Assembly: GCA_965217185.1 (NCBI GenBank)
Contig: OZ244252.1
Coordinates: 2,048,001 to 2,112,000 of the forward strand
DNA from: an uncultured Candidatus Entotheonella sp.
Lineage (GTDB): Bacteria; Tectomicrobia; Entotheonellia; Entotheonellales; Entotheonellaceae
Length of the DNA stretch: 64,000 bases
Direction: 5' to 3'
In this document: in pieces, positions 35,038 to 45,539 of the stretch
Numbering within the stretch: the first letter of the stretch is position 1
Layout of the letters: every line of letters begins with the position of its first letter
Translations under genes and position numbers: made by a program
Notes under the pieces: generated by a model
The model's database searches: none
What the model was told of the DNA's origin: nothing
The model's input: the letters and a program-made list of their open reading frames with translations, nothing else

Positions 35038-37599
35038 TCAGCCTCCCGTGAGGGCGAGATGCCGCGTCAGTTCGGCGTGGCTCAGGTAGTGATGCGTGAT
35101 GGTATCCGAGAGCCCCGAAAAATCCGTCTGAAGTTCTGCCAACGCCGTCTCCAGATGGCCGCGCCGCCCGTTCCGGCCGATCTGGCACAGCACCTCGATC
35201 TCCGCCAGACGCAGCCGTGTGAGCATGGCCGTCACCCGCCGTTGCGCCGGGCTCAGCGACGGCATGTTGCGGTCGCGCGGCAGGCGTTCGACGTGGTCGG
35301 CAAGCCGCGCCAACTGGTAGACCACGGCGCGCGGGTTGGTGTCGTCGGTGAGCAACAGGTCCAGCACGGGCACGCATTGCAGCGCCGTGAGGTAGCGCGA
35401 GCGGTACGTGATCGAGCTGTCGCCAATCTCCAGAAGCGCCTCCAGCACCGACCCCTCCCGGTCGTCCGCATCCACCAGGGTGTTGCGCAGCAGGCCAGTG
35501 GTGTGCGCGGCACGCTCCAGCCGCCGCCCGAGGTCGAGAAAATGCCACTCGGGGCCGCGAATCATGTTTTCTTCCATAAGGCCGCTGAAAGCCGACAGCA
35601 TCATGATGGTGCGATCGATCAACGCCAGGGCGTCGCTCACCTGCCCCAGGCCGTGTTCGTTGCCCGAAGCATTAAAATCCTCGTCCAGGTGGGTGATGAT
35701 GCGCCACGATTCGAGGGTCATGTAATCCCGCACCGAGGCCGCCACACGGTGCAGGGTGGCGAGAATGGCGCGCACGCTGTGGGCGGATTGCGGGTCGAAC
35801 AGGATCCCCAACAGCGCCTGCGCCCGCGAAGCCAAGCCGTCCGGCTGTTCCGCTGGCGCCGTCAGGTGGCCGAACCCCCAAGCTTGAAAGGCGCGAAACA
35901 GCACGGGAAACGCCGTGCTGCTTTTCAGCCCGGATTCGTCGTTGAGGCGGATCAGCAGGCTGCGCAACAGGCGCGCCAGCCCTTCAGCGCGCTCGCTGTG
36001 GCGCCCGATCCAGAACAGATTGTCAGCCGCGCGGCTGGGGAAGTCGTAACCGCTGCGGCGCAGCGCAATCGGCTGACCGGCCGGCGGCAGTAGCGTCAGC
36101 GTGTCCGGCTCGCCCTCGCACAGCACCCAGGTGTCCTTGCTGCCGCTGTCGCTCTGCATCGATATGGCCGGCGGGCCGTCGCTCGCCGAAACCCGCGTCA
36201 GGCCGCCCGCCATGACCTTGTAATCGTCCCGCGCGGCCACCGCGTACGTGCGCAGAACCGTTTGCCGCGGTTGCACCCCGACGCCGTTCCACACCGGCAG
36301 GCTGGACAGCGACAGGTGTTGCTGGGCCGCGTATTCGTGAGGCCGCGCACGCACCATCTCGACCATCTCACGCCGCTCGTCACGACTCAGGCGATCCCCC
36401 CGCACCATGTCCCGACCCGCGCCGGAGCGCATCGGCATCACCACGAGCTCCTCCAGGTGGTCGAGCACGTACGCCAGGCTGTCCGTGTCCCCGCACCACC
36501 ACGCCGGCGCTGACGGCAGGGCAAGCTCTTCGTCCAACAGACGGCGGCACAAGGCAGGTAGAAACGGCATCAACGCCGCGCTTTCCAGCCAGCCGCTGCC
36601 CAGCGTATTGACGACGCTGACGTTGCCGGCCCGCACCGCCTGCACCAGGCCCGCGGTGCCGAGCAGCGACGCCTGGTTCAACTCGAGCGGATCGCAGAAC
36701 GCATCGTCCATCCGCCGCAGGATGACGTCCACCGGCTCCAGGCCGGCCAGCGTTTTGAGATAGACGCGCTCGTCGCGCACCGTCAGGTCGCCGCCCTCGA
36801 CCAGGGTGTAGCCGAGGTAGCGCGCCAGGTAGGCGTGCTCGAAGTAGGTCTCGTTATACGGTCCGGGAGTCAGCAGCACGATGCGCGGGTTATCGCGGTG
36901 GCGCGTCGCCACGTCGTGCAGCGTCTGCCGCAGGGCTGCAAAATACGATGCCAGCCGCTGCACCTGGCAGTCGCGCAGCACCTCGGGCAGGATGCTCGAC
37001 AGCACTTGGCGATTCTCCAGCGCGTAGCCGGACCCCGCCGGGCTTTGAGCGCGGTCGGCCAGCACCCACCACTGTCCGTCCGGTGTGCGCGCCAGGTCGG
37101 CGGCGTAGACGTGCAGATAGCAGTCGTTGGGTACGGCCAGACCGTGGCAGGGCCGCAGAAAGCCGGGGTGCGCGAACACCAGCTCCGGCGGCAGCAGCCC
37201 TTCGGTGAGCAGGCGTTGCGGGCCGTACACGTCCGCCAGCACGGCGTTCAGCAGCCGCGCACGCTGCGCCAGGGCGGCTTCCAGACACGCCCATTCCGCA
37301 GACCCGATGACCCACGGCAGCGGGTCCAGCTCCCACGGGCGCTCCATGCCCTGTGCGTCGCCATACACGTTGTACGTGACGCCGTTTTCGTGGATCATCC
37401 GCCGCGCCTGTTGCCAGCAATGCGCCAATTCCCGCGGGCCCATGTCCTCGAGCGTCTGCACCACCTTCTGCCAGTGCGGACGCGGCTCGCCACCCTCGGC
37501 GAACGTCTCGTCGTAGGACCCGTCCGGCGCGCTGTAGCCGGCAAACAGGCCGCTACCGGCCGCCGCTGGCGTCTCCTGCATGATGACGTGATGAGCCAT
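35038..37599 (-). CDS. circularly permuted type 2 ATP-grasp + alpha-E fusion
   Basis: [58 protein letters not shown]. Confidence 0.93.
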   Translation of the reverse strand: MAHHVIMQETPAAAGSGLFAGYSAPDGSYDETFAEGGEPRPHWQKVVQTLEDMGPRELAHCWQQARRMIHENGVTYNVYGDAQGMERPWELDPLPWVIGSAEWACLEAALAQRARLLNAVLADVYGPQRLLTEGLLPPELVFAHPGFLRPCHGLAVPNDCYLHVYAADLARTPDGQWWVLADRAQSPAGSGYALENRQVLSSILPEVLRDCQVQRLASYFAALRQTLHDVATRHRDNPRIVLLTPGPYNETYFEHAYLARYLGYTLVEGGDLTVRDERVYLKTLAGLEPVDVILRRMDDAFCDPLELNQASLLGTAGLVQAVRAGNVSVVNTLGSGWLESAALMPFLPALCRRLLDEELALPSAPAWWCGDTDSLAYVLDHLEELVVMPMRSGAGRDMVRGDRLSRDERREMVEMVRARPHEYAAQQHLSLSSLPVWNGVGVQPRQTVLRTYAVAARDDYKVMAGGLTRVSASDGPPAISMQSDSGSKDTWVLCEGEPDTLTLLPPAGQPIALRRSGYDFPSRAADNLFWIGRHSERAEGLARLLRSLLIRLNDESGLKSSTAFPVLFRAFQAWGFGHLTAPAEQPDGLASRAQALLGILFDPQSAHSVRAILATLHRVAASVRDYMTLESWRIITHLDEDFNASGNEHGLGQVSDALALIDRTIMMLSAFSGLMEENMIRGPEWHFLDLGRRLERAAHTTGLLRNTLVDADDREGSVLEALLEIGDSSITYRSRYLTALQCVPVLDLLLTDDTNPRAVVYQLARLADHVERLPRDRNMPSLSPAQRRVTAMLTRLRLAEIEVLCQIGRNGRRGHLETALAELQTDFSGLSDTITHHYLSHAELTRHLALTGG

Positions 37600-37602
37600 G
37601 TC

Positions 37603-38571
37603 TCATACCCCGCCGTGCCGCGTCCCGCTTACCGGGCGCATGGCAAAGAAGGTGTTGAAAATCTCGTCGTCCACCTGGTTAAGCTTGAGTTGAAAGCGGT
37701 CCAGAAACTCGTGCAGCCCGACGCTGATGATCTCCTGGATAGCCGCGTAATCCAGCTCCGAGCGCAGGCGGCCCAGACGCTGTTCGGCCTCGTCTCGAAA
37801 GCCGCCCATGGGCGTGCCGGAAATGAGGTGCAGCGATGTTTCCGCCTCGACCAGGCAGTAGTGTAGGGCGCGCGGAAACTCGCGGTCCAGCAGCAGGAAA
37901 TCCGCCACGCTGACCGGCGTGATGCGCCCGAACCGCTGGCGGTACATCTCCAGGGCGCTGGCCGACTTGAGCACCGCCGCCCACTGGATGTCGTCCACCG
38001 GCGAGCCCACGTCGCTCGCCTGCGGCAGCAGCATGAAGTATTTCACGTCGAGGATACGCGAAGTCTTGTCGGCACGCTCGATCAGCCGCCCGAGGCGCCC
38101 GAAGTGCCAGCCCTCGCCGTGCGACATGGTGGCGTCGGTGATGCCGACGAATAAATAGCTGGCGTTCTTCACGTCAGTGAAAAAATCGTGCGGCGTGTCC
38201 TGCGCCTGCCGGGCGGCTCGGCGCACCATGAGGTAGAACTTGTTGACGTGCTCCCACATGTCCGAGGAGATGATTTCGCGCACCAAGCGGGCGTTGTCGC
38301 GCGCCGCTTGCAGGCAGGAGAGGATCGAGTTGGGATTGGCGGTGTCGTGGGTGAGAAAGGTGAAGACGTTCTCCTTGGTGGCCGTCCCGTAGCGCCGGGC
38401 GAAATCGTGGCGGTCGTCGGTGATGTTGACCAGCGGCTGCCACTGCTCGGAGCTGTCCGGCGACAGGTCGAGCATCAGGTGGAGATTCACGTCGATGAAG
38501 CGGGCGACGTTTTCGGCGCTTTCGATGTAACGGTGCAGCCAGTAGATGGATTCGGCAGCGCGGCTCAGCAT
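37603..38571 (-). CDS. alpha-E domain protein
   Basis: MLSRAAESIYWLHRYIE, ARDNAR, GRLIERAD, FPRA. Confidence 0.93.
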   Translation of the reverse strand: MLSRAAESIYWLHRYIESAENVARFIDVNLHLMLDLSPDSSEQWQPLVNITDDRHDFARRYGTATKENVFTFLTHDTANPNSILSCLQAARDNARLVREIISSDMWEHVNKFYLMVRRAARQAQDTPHDFFTDVKNASYLFVGITDATMSHGEGWHFGRLGRLIERADKTSRILDVKYFMLLPQASDVGSPVDDIQWAAVLKSASALEMYRQRFGRITPVSVADFLLLDREFPRALHYCLVEAETSLHLISGTPMGGFRDEAEQRLGRLRSELDYAAIQEIISVGLHEFLDRFQLKLNQVDDEIFNTFFAMRPVSGTRHGGV

Positions 38572-38573
38572 GG

Positions 38574-40013
38574 TCAGTCCCTCGCCAGCACCCAGGTGTC
38601 CTTGCTGCCGCCGCCTTGGGACGAATTGACCACCAACGAGCCTTTTTGCAGCGCGACGCGCGTCAGGCCGCCGGGCAGCACGTAGGGACGGCCGGCGCCG
38701 TACAGAATGTAGGGCCGCAGATCGACGTGGCGGCCTTCCAGCGCGCCATCGACGATCACCGGCGCGCGCGACAGCGACAGGGTGGGCTGGGCGATGTAGT
38801 TGCGCGGGTTGGCCGCGATGGCCTCGGCAAACGTCTTGCGTTCCGCAGCCGAGGCGTGCGGCCCGATCAGCATGCCGTAGCCGCCGGATTCGTTGACCGC
38901 CTTGACCACCAGCTCGTCGAGGTGCTCCAGGACGTAGCGGCGCTGTTTGTCCTCCCAGCAGACGTACGTCGGCACGTTCGGCAGCACCATGTCCTCGCCC
39001 AGGTAGTAGTCGATCATCTGCGGCACGTAGGCGTACACGGCCTTGTCGTCCGCCACCCCGGTGCCGGGGGCGTTGGCCAGCGCCACCCGGCCGGCTTTGT
39101 ATACCTGCATGAGGCCGGGCACGCCGAGAGAGGAATCGGGCCGGAAGGTCAGCGGATCGAGAAAATCGTCGTCGATGCGCCGGTAGATGACGTCCACGCG
39201 CTGGAAGCCCTTGGTCGTGCGCATCATGAGGAGGTTATCCACCACTGCCAGGTCGCGGCCCTCGACGAGTTCCACGCCCATCTTTTGCGCCAGGAAGGCG
39301 TGCTCGAAATAGGCCGCGTTGTAAATGCCGGGCGTGAGCACCACCACCGTGGGATTGGGCACCCCCGCCGGCGCCAGGGACTGCAGCATGTCCAGCAGGC
39401 GGCTGGGATAGTCGTCCACCGGGCGCACCTGTGAGACCTCGAACACCTGCGGGAAGGTGCGCTTGAGCACCTGGCGGTTTTCCAGCACGTACGACACGCC
39501 GGAGGGGCAGCGCAGGTTGTCTTCGAGCACGTAGAGCTGCCCGTCGCCGTCGCGTACCAGGTCGATGCCGCTGATGTGGCACCAGATGCCCTGCGGCGGG
39601 TTGAGCCCGACGCACGGCTGCAGAAAGTTGCGCGCCGACAGGATGAGCTCTTCCGGCACGACGCCGTCTTTGATGATGCGCTGGGCGTGGTAGATGTCGT
39701 CGATGAACAGGTTGAGCGCCTGGATGCGCTGCTTCAGCCCGTCCTCGATGATGGCCCAGTCCGCCGCACCGACGATGCGGGGCAGAATGTCGAAAGGGAA
39801 GATGCGCTCGGTGCCGGCCTCGTCGCCGTAGACCGTGAACGTGATGCCGAGGTTGAGCAGGTCGCGCTCGGCCGCCTGCTGCCGCCGCACCAGTTCGCCT
39901 TCCGGCAGCGAGGTGACGCGCTCCAGCAGCGGCGCCGCGCCCGAGCGAGCCTGCCCGTCGGTACGCACCAATTCGTCGTAGAATTGTCCGGTATCGTAGA
40001 CCGTGAGCTTCAT
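38574..40013 (-). CDS. circularly permuted type 2 ATP-grasp protein
   Basis: [44 protein letters not shown]; start ATG 40013. Confidence 0.95.
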   Translation of the reverse strand: MKLTVYDTGQFYDELVRTDGQARSGAAPLLERVTSLPEGELVRRQQAAERDLLNLGITFTVYGDEAGTERIFPFDILPRIVGAADWAIIEDGLKQRIQALNLFIDDIYHAQRIIKDGVVPEELILSARNFLQPCVGLNPPQGIWCHISGIDLVRDGDGQLYVLEDNLRCPSGVSYVLENRQVLKRTFPQVFEVSQVRPVDDYPSRLLDMLQSLAPAGVPNPTVVVLTPGIYNAAYFEHAFLAQKMGVELVEGRDLAVVDNLLMMRTTKGFQRVDVIYRRIDDDFLDPLTFRPDSSLGVPGLMQVYKAGRVALANAPGTGVADDKAVYAYVPQMIDYYLGEDMVLPNVPTYVCWEDKQRRYVLEHLDELVVKAVNESGGYGMLIGPHASAAERKTFAEAIAANPRNYIAQPTLSLSRAPVIVDGALEGRHVDLRPYILYGAGRPYVLPGGLTRVALQKGSLVVNSSQGGGSKDTWVLARD

Positions 40014-40214
40014 CGGGCGGTTCCCTGTGAAAGGCCGCGAAGATGGAGAAAGGTGAATAAAGAAGAATTGGGCAAAAAGTGTATCAGAAATGGCAGGTGC
40101 GGGCTGCGCGGCGCCGGTCCCCAGCAATCCCCCAGTTGCCGGTATGGCTAGCCGCCGGATCATCCCCAACCTGTGATACAATCCGCCAAATCCCAAGACC
40201 CTGGTGGAGGGTTC

Positions 40215-40607
40215 ATGCAAAAGACATGGAGTTGGATCAAGGACAACGCGGGAGCCATAATGGCAATCGCCGCCATCCTGGGTGGATTCACCGGAATCAT
40301 CCAATTTGGCATTGTCAACCCCATGCACCAACGCTTTGACGCTGTTGACCAACGCTTGGACGCCACCGACCAGCGCATCGACGACCTCAGAGCCGAAATA
40401 AACACCCGCTTCGACGCCCAAGACAAATACATGAACGCGCGCTTTGACGCGGTAGACCAACGTTTCGATGCTCAGGACCAACGCCTGCAACGCCTTGAAG
40501 ACGACGTTTCGGAACTCCGCGAGCTCAGCGAGCGCGTCTCCCGAAGCGAAGGCCAGATCGACCTCATCCGGCAGCAATTGCAGACCGCCGATGCCCCCTC
40601 GCCCTGA
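40215..40607 (+). CDS. membrane-anchored coiled-coil heptad-repeat protein
   Basis: TM segment followed by [21 protein letters not shown] repeats; GGAGG RBS. Confidence 0.75.
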   Translation: MQKTWSWIKDNAGAIMAIAAILGGFTGIIQFGIVNPMHQRFDAVDQRLDATDQRIDDLRAEINTRFDAQDKYMNARFDAVDQRFDAQDQRLQRLEDDVSELRELSERVSRSEGQIDLIRQQLQTADAPSP

Positions 40608-41652
40608 ACCTGACTCAAACGCGCCTGTGCCAACATCCGCATCCATTACCGCGACGCGTCTGCACGCCTTCTACCAACAGGTGTACCAGTTCGCCGGCGT
40701 CCCGTCCGAGGACGCCGCAGCAGTGGCCGAGGCCCGCCTGCAAAGCACCCTTCGCCAGCCCGCCGGATTCGATGCCTTCAGCGTCGCGCGGCTGCAAAAC
40801 ACCGTCCGCCGCTTGCGGGCGGGTGGCATCAACCCGACACCGCAGATTCGCGTCGTCCACGAACGCGGCCCGTTCGCCCTGCTGGACGCCGACAACGGCT
40901 TGGGTCCGGTGGTCGGCGTGCGGGCCATGACGCGCTGTCTGGAGGCGATAAGGGCGGTCGGCTTTGCGCTGGTAGGGGTGCGGAACTCGACGACGCTCGG
41001 CACCATGGCGACGTACGCCATGCGGGCGCTGTCCGAAGGCTTCCTGGGATTCGTCGGCACCAACACGGAACTGAAAATCGGCCTGCCGCCCTGGGGCGGA
41101 TTGACCCCGGCGCTTGGCAACAATCCCTTCGCGGTAGCCATCCCGCGCCGCCACGGCGCACCGATCGTGCTGGACATGTCGCTTATCGCCACCCAGCCGC
41201 AGGACAGCGCCGCCGCCGAAACGCCCGCCCGCGGTCCCTTGGGCAGCGATTTCCTCGCCCGCCCGATCATCGGCGCCCACAAAGGCTACGGCCTTGCCGT
41301 GGTATTGGAAGTCCTGTGCGGCGTGCTCACCGGCGCCGGTTTCGGACAAGCCCACGCACCGGATCGCCTCGCCGATCCGCAGACCCGCCACGACCTCGGG
41401 CACCTGTTTGCCGTGCTCGACCCGTCTGTGTTCATGCCGCGCCCCGAGTTCGAGGCGCGCATCGAGCAATTGTGCGTGGAGATCAAGCAATCCGAGCCCG
41501 CACCCGGCGTGCCGCGCATCCTGCTGCCCGGCGAGCTGGAGCACGAACGGTGCGAAGCGCGGTTGCGCCACGGCATCCCCGTGGGGGTGGACGCACAGGA
41601 AGCACTGCTGGGATTCTGCGGCGAGCTGGGTATCACGTCGCCGTTGGATTGA
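40591..41652 (+). CDS. Ldh_2 family (malate/L-lactate/ureidoglycolate-type) oxidoreductase
   Basis: [30 protein letters not shown]. Confidence 0.88.
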   Translation: MPPRPEPDSNAPVPTSASITATRLHAFYQQVYQFAGVPSEDAAAVAEARLQSTLRQPAGFDAFSVARLQNTVRRLRAGGINPTPQIRVVHERGPFALLDADNGLGPVVGVRAMTRCLEAIRAVGFALVGVRNSTTLGTMATYAMRALSEGFLGFVGTNTELKIGLPPWGGLTPALGNNPFAVAIPRRHGAPIVLDMSLIATQPQDSAAAETPARGPLGSDFLARPIIGAHKGYGLAVVLEVLCGVLTGAGFGQAHAPDRLADPQTRHDLGHLFAVLDPSVFMPRPEFEARIEQLCVEIKQSEPAPGVPRILLPGELEHERCEARLRHGIPVGVDAQEALLGFCGELGITSPLD

Positions 41653-41665
41653 TGACTGGCTTTGT

Positions 41666-41696
41666 GTAGGTCGGTTAGCCGCAGGCGTAACCCGAC
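41666..41696. repeat. GTAG-type REP
   Basis: gtaggtcggttagccgcaggcgtaacccgac. Confidence 0.8.
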
Positions 41697-41720
41697 GTTC
41701 GAAAGCGGTGCTCCCCATCC

Positions 41721-41747
41721 TGGATTCCGGGTCAGGCCCGGAATGAC
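41721..41747. repeat. attcc-N-ggaat palindromic repeat overlapping the HAD gene stop
   Basis: tggattccgggtcaggcccggaatgac. Confidence 0.65.
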
Positions 41748-42568
41748 GATTCGTGGGGTTTGGACGGGTTGTGCACATGCCAACGGCCCTCAAGCACCGC
41801 CGGCAGATTGGTCAGGTTTTCCAAGACCACCCTCGGCCTCTCGGCAGCACCGGCTCTTTCAGCCTCCGCCCGCGTCGATACCCCCGTCAGCACCAGCACC
41901 GACAGGCACCCGAAGGCGTTCGCGGCTGCGATATCCGTATCCAGTCGGTCCCCGACCACCGCCATGTCGTCCGCCGACACGCCCCATGACGCGGCTATCA
42001 GCGACAGGCCGGTCGGTTCCGGCTTACCGATGACGAGCGGCGTGACACCGGTGGAGGTGGTGAGCGCTGCGACCAGGGCGCCGCCGCCGGGAGTCGTTGT
42101 CGTGGGGCCGTCGGGAAACGTGGCGTCGAGATTGGTAGCGATGAACGTGGCGCCGCTGCAGATGGCGTAATGGGCGTGGGAGAGCTTCTCGTAGGTGACG
42201 GTCATGTCCAGGCCGGCGACGACGTGCGTGGCGCCTTCGTGGGTCGGCACCACCTCGACCCCGGCCTCCTCCATCTCGCGCCGCATGCCCTCGGTGCCGA
42301 CCAGAAACACTCGGGCTTGCGGGGCGTGGCGCGATAGGTACAGCGCCGTGATATAGGCGGAGCCCCACACGTCGTCCGTCGCGCAGGCGAAGCCGAGCCG
42401 CGACATCCGGGCAGCCAGATCCTCGCGATGGCGGCTGGCGTTGTTGGTGAGAAAGGCAACTCGCACCCCCCGGCCCCGCAGCGTGTTGAGCGTGTCCACC
42501 GCTCCGGGCAGCGGGTGGTCGCCCCGGTAGAGAACGCCGTCCATATCCATAACTACATGTCGGATCAC
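41732..42568 (-). CDS. HAD-IIA (NagD-like) hydrolase
   Basis: DMDGVL, LTNN, IGKP, VGDRLDTDI. Confidence 0.94.
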   Translation of the reverse strand: MIRHVVMDMDGVLYRGDHPLPGAVDTLNTLRGRGVRVAFLTNNASRHREDLAARMSRLGFACATDDVWGSAYITALYLSRHAPQARVFLVGTEGMRREMEEAGVEVVPTHEGATHVVAGLDMTVTYEKLSHAHYAICSGATFIATNLDATFPDGPTTTTPGGGALVAALTTSTGVTPLVIGKPEPTGLSLIAASWGVSADDMAVVGDRLDTDIAAANAFGCLSVLVLTGVSTRAEAERAGAAERPRVVLENLTNLPAVLEGRWHVHNPSKPHESSFRA

Positions 42569-42682
42569 TGCCCGTCAGACCTCCCTTGCTCGGACGCCAC
42601 CGCTTCGGTTCATCGTTGCCAGAAGCCATGTTGGCGAGGGATGCCGGGGGTGTCAAGCTACAGGCCAGCATAGTAGCGGAAT

Positions 42683-42779
42683 GTCGGATTACGCTTCGCT
42701 AATCCGACCTACATTCTGATCCGAAAACGCTCAATCGGTTGCAGGGCTTAACCAGATGACGCCGTATGCGCTCGCCCTG
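42683..42779 (+). repeat. GTAG REP + tail, copy 2 of the 97-bp repeat
   Basis: gtcggattacgcttcgctaatccgacctac identical to 6373-6402; tail similar to 29375-29437. Confidence 0.8.
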
Positions 42780-42881
42780 AGCAACAGTCCCACTCCCTTG
42801 ACCTGCACAGGCCGTTCATCCAGAATGCTGACCCGTTGGGCGTCGGAGGCATGGGGTTGAACAGTCAAGGAGGGTGAACGC

Positions 42882-44231
42882 ATGGACAGCCCGTTGCGCG
42901 TGGTGCATTACGTGAATCAGTTCTTTGGCGGTATTGGCGGCGAGGACGCGGCGAACGTTGGGGTGTCGCTCGAAGACGCACCCGTGGGTGCGGGCCGGGC
43001 GCTGCAACAGGCGCTGGGCGACGCGGGCAGCATGATGGGTATGCTGATCTGCGGCGACAATTACTTCAATGAGCAGGAATCGGAGGCCGTGGCTGCCATC
43101 CAGGGGCATCTGGAGGCGCTGAAACCGGACATCCTGGTGGCGGGACCGGCGTTCGGCTCCGGGCGCTACGGGCTGGCCTGCGCCGAGGTCTGTAAAACGG
43201 CGCAGTCGATGGGCATCAAGGCCATCACCGCCATGCACCCGGACAACCCGGGGGCCATGAGCGGCTGGCCGGACGTCGTCATGGTGCCGACCGGCGAAAC
43301 GTCCGCCGACATGCCGCAGGCGCTGGCCGCCATGGTGCGGCTGGCGGGCAAGCTGGGCCGCGGCGAGACGCTCGGACCGGCGGAGGTCGACGGCTACATG
43401 CCGCGCGGCGTGCGGCGCGTGCACGACCGCCAGCGCCCCGGCTACCAGCGCGCCCTCGACATGCTGCTGGCCAAGCTCAAGGATCAGCCGTTCATCACTG
43501 AGGTGCCGATTCACGCGCCGGAAAAGGTCGAACCCGCCATGCCCATCGCCGATCTGTCGGGGGCCACCATCGCCATGGTCACCACCGGCGGCCTGGTGCG
43601 CAAAGGCAACCCGGACAAGCAGGTGGCCGCCAACGCCAGCCGGTATTACCGCCACTCGGTCACCGAGCTGCAAAGCCTCTCCGGCGCCGATTGGGAGGCG
43701 TACCACGCCGGCTATTTCAACCACATCGTCAATTCTAATCCCAACTACATCCTGCCCCTCAACTTCCTGCGCGACCTGGAAGACGACGGCCAAATCGGCG
43801 GCGTCTTCAGTTCCATCTACGCGCTGCCGGGTGTCGCCACGCCGGTTGCCATGTCGTGCGACCTGGGCCGCAGTATCGCCCAGGACCTTGTCAACAGCGG
43901 GGTTGACGGCTGTCTCCTGGTGGCCACGTGAGGCACCTGCAATCGTTGCGGTGCAACGATCGCCAAGGAAATCGAGCGCGCCGGTATCCCCGTCGGCATG
44001 ATCTCCGCCATCTATGACCTCGCCCTCACCACCGGCGCCGTCCGCGTCATCCGCGGCGCGCGCATCGAGCACGTGTGCGGCGATCCGAACCTCGGCCCCG
44101 AGAAGGACTACGCCTACGGCATGCGCATCGTGCGCACCGCCCTCGACGCCATCTGCACGCCGGTGCCCGGCCCGACGCTGTTCGACCCGTTGGAAATGAC
44201 CCCGGAGCAGGAGGTGGCGCATGCGTCTTGA
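42882..44231 (+). CDS. grdB: glycine/sarcosine/betaine reductase selenoprotein B-like (Sec at TGA 43929-43931)
   Basis: VVHYVNQFFGGIGGE, GPAFGSGRYG, VTTGGLV, LVAT-U-GTCNRCG; hairpin atcgttgc-ggt-gcaacgat. Confidence 0.9.
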
Positions 44232-45510
44232 GATGGGCACCTTCCCCGTTGAGCGCATCACCTTCGGCCCCGAAACCCGCTACGCGGACGGCCACCTGCA
44301 GATCGATAAGGAGGCCGTCGCCGAGGCGGTGCACGCCGACCCGCGCATCGCCAGCGTCGATCTGGAGGTCGCCTATCCCGGCGAGTCCGCCCGCATCTGG
44401 CCGGTGCGCGACGTGATCGAGCCGCGCATCAAGGTGGAAGGCCCCGGCGTCATCTATCCCGGCACCGCCGGGCGCTCCATCACCACAGTGGGCGAAGGCC
44501 GCACGCACCGCCTCGCCGGCATGGGCATCACCGAGGTGTCGAGCGTCAACTGGCACGACGCCGGCGGCGACTTCGTGGAGGTCTACCTTGACATGTCCGG
44601 CCCGTGGTCGGAACTCATCCCGCTGAGCCGGCTCATCCACCTGTGCGCGGTCGTCGAACCCGACCCCGGCCTCGGCAACGAAGCCCAGAACGACGCCGTG
44701 CACAAGGCCGCCCTGGTGGTCAACGATCAGGTCGCCGCGGCGACGCGGCACCTCACCGCGCCGCAGCAGGAAGTGTTCGAGCTGCGCGAGGTCGATCCCG
44801 ACCTTCCCAAAGTGATTTACATCTGGTGCGTGCACTCGCCGCAGGCCATGTCCGGCTCGCCCACGGCGTTCTGCACCACCACCTACGGCCTCACTCAGTT
44901 GACGCCGCCGTGGTTCCTGCACCCCAACGAAATCCTCGATGGCGCCCTCACCGGCCCGTACCGCACGGCGTTCGCCATGTCGTGGACGGTGGCCAATAAT
45001 CCCCTGCTGCTCGACCTGTACCGCCGCCACGGCGTCGACTGGAATTTCCTCGGCGTCATCGCGCTGCGCACCGAGTGGACCACACAGCACGAAAAACAGC
45101 TCATGGCCAACCAGACGGCGAAGCTGGCGAAGCTACTGGGCGCGCAGGGCGCCATGGTTACCTGGGACGCCGGCGGCAACGAGTTCATCGAGGTCGTCCG
45201 CACCATCCAGGCGTGCGAGCAACTGGGCATCAAGACCGTTTTCCTGACCAGCGAGGATGACGCCACCGAGGCCGCCCCGACCATGCTGGAGCCGCTGCCC
45301 GAGGCCAACGCCATCGTCAGCACCAGCTTCTTCAAGACGCGTACGCTGGAGGTGCCCGACCTGCCGCCGGTGGATCGGGTCATCGGCCTGCAGCACAAGG
45401 ATATCGGCCCGCTGCGCGACCAGCGCGTGCCGGCCGCCGGGCAACTGCCGCCGCCGCCGCGCCACGACGACCACTATGGCTTTACCAGCATGAGTTGTAT
45501 CGAGTACTGA
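44221..45510 (+). CDS. reductase component B proprotein (GrdE/GrdI/GrdG-like)
   Basis: MRLEMG.F.V..I.FG, PGESARI.PVRDVIEPRIK, GEGRTH, HPNEILDGA. Confidence 0.88.
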   Translation: MRLEMGTFPVERITFGPETRYADGHLQIDKEAVAEAVHADPRIASVDLEVAYPGESARIWPVRDVIEPRIKVEGPGVIYPGTAGRSITTVGEGRTHRLAGMGITEVSSVNWHDAGGDFVEVYLDMSGPWSELIPLSRLIHLCAVVEPDPGLGNEAQNDAVHKAALVVNDQVAAATRHLTAPQQEVFELREVDPDLPKVIYIWCVHSPQAMSGSPTAFCTTTYGLTQLTPPWFLHPNEILDGALTGPYRTAFAMSWTVANNPLLLDLYRRHGVDWNFLGVIALRTEWTTQHEKQLMANQTAKLAKLLGAQGAMVTWDAGGNEFIEVVRTIQACEQLGIKTVFLTSEDDATEAAPTMLEPLPEANAIVSTSFFKTRTLEVPDLPPVDRVIGLQHKDIGPLRDQRVPAAGQLPPPPRHDDHYGFTSMSCIEY

Positions 45511-45539
45511 CCGCGCCGTCCGACGCCCGAGGAACACGC

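Noticed and set aside
40014..40646. N-terminal 210-aa extension of the ATP-grasp ORF in the track
   Set aside because: Overlaps the plus-strand coiled-coil gene; family similarity starts at ATG 40013.
42816..44261. 481-aa minus-strand ORF spanning the grdB TGA
   Set aside because: Antisense shadow. Its continuity merely reflects the single reading frame of grdB.
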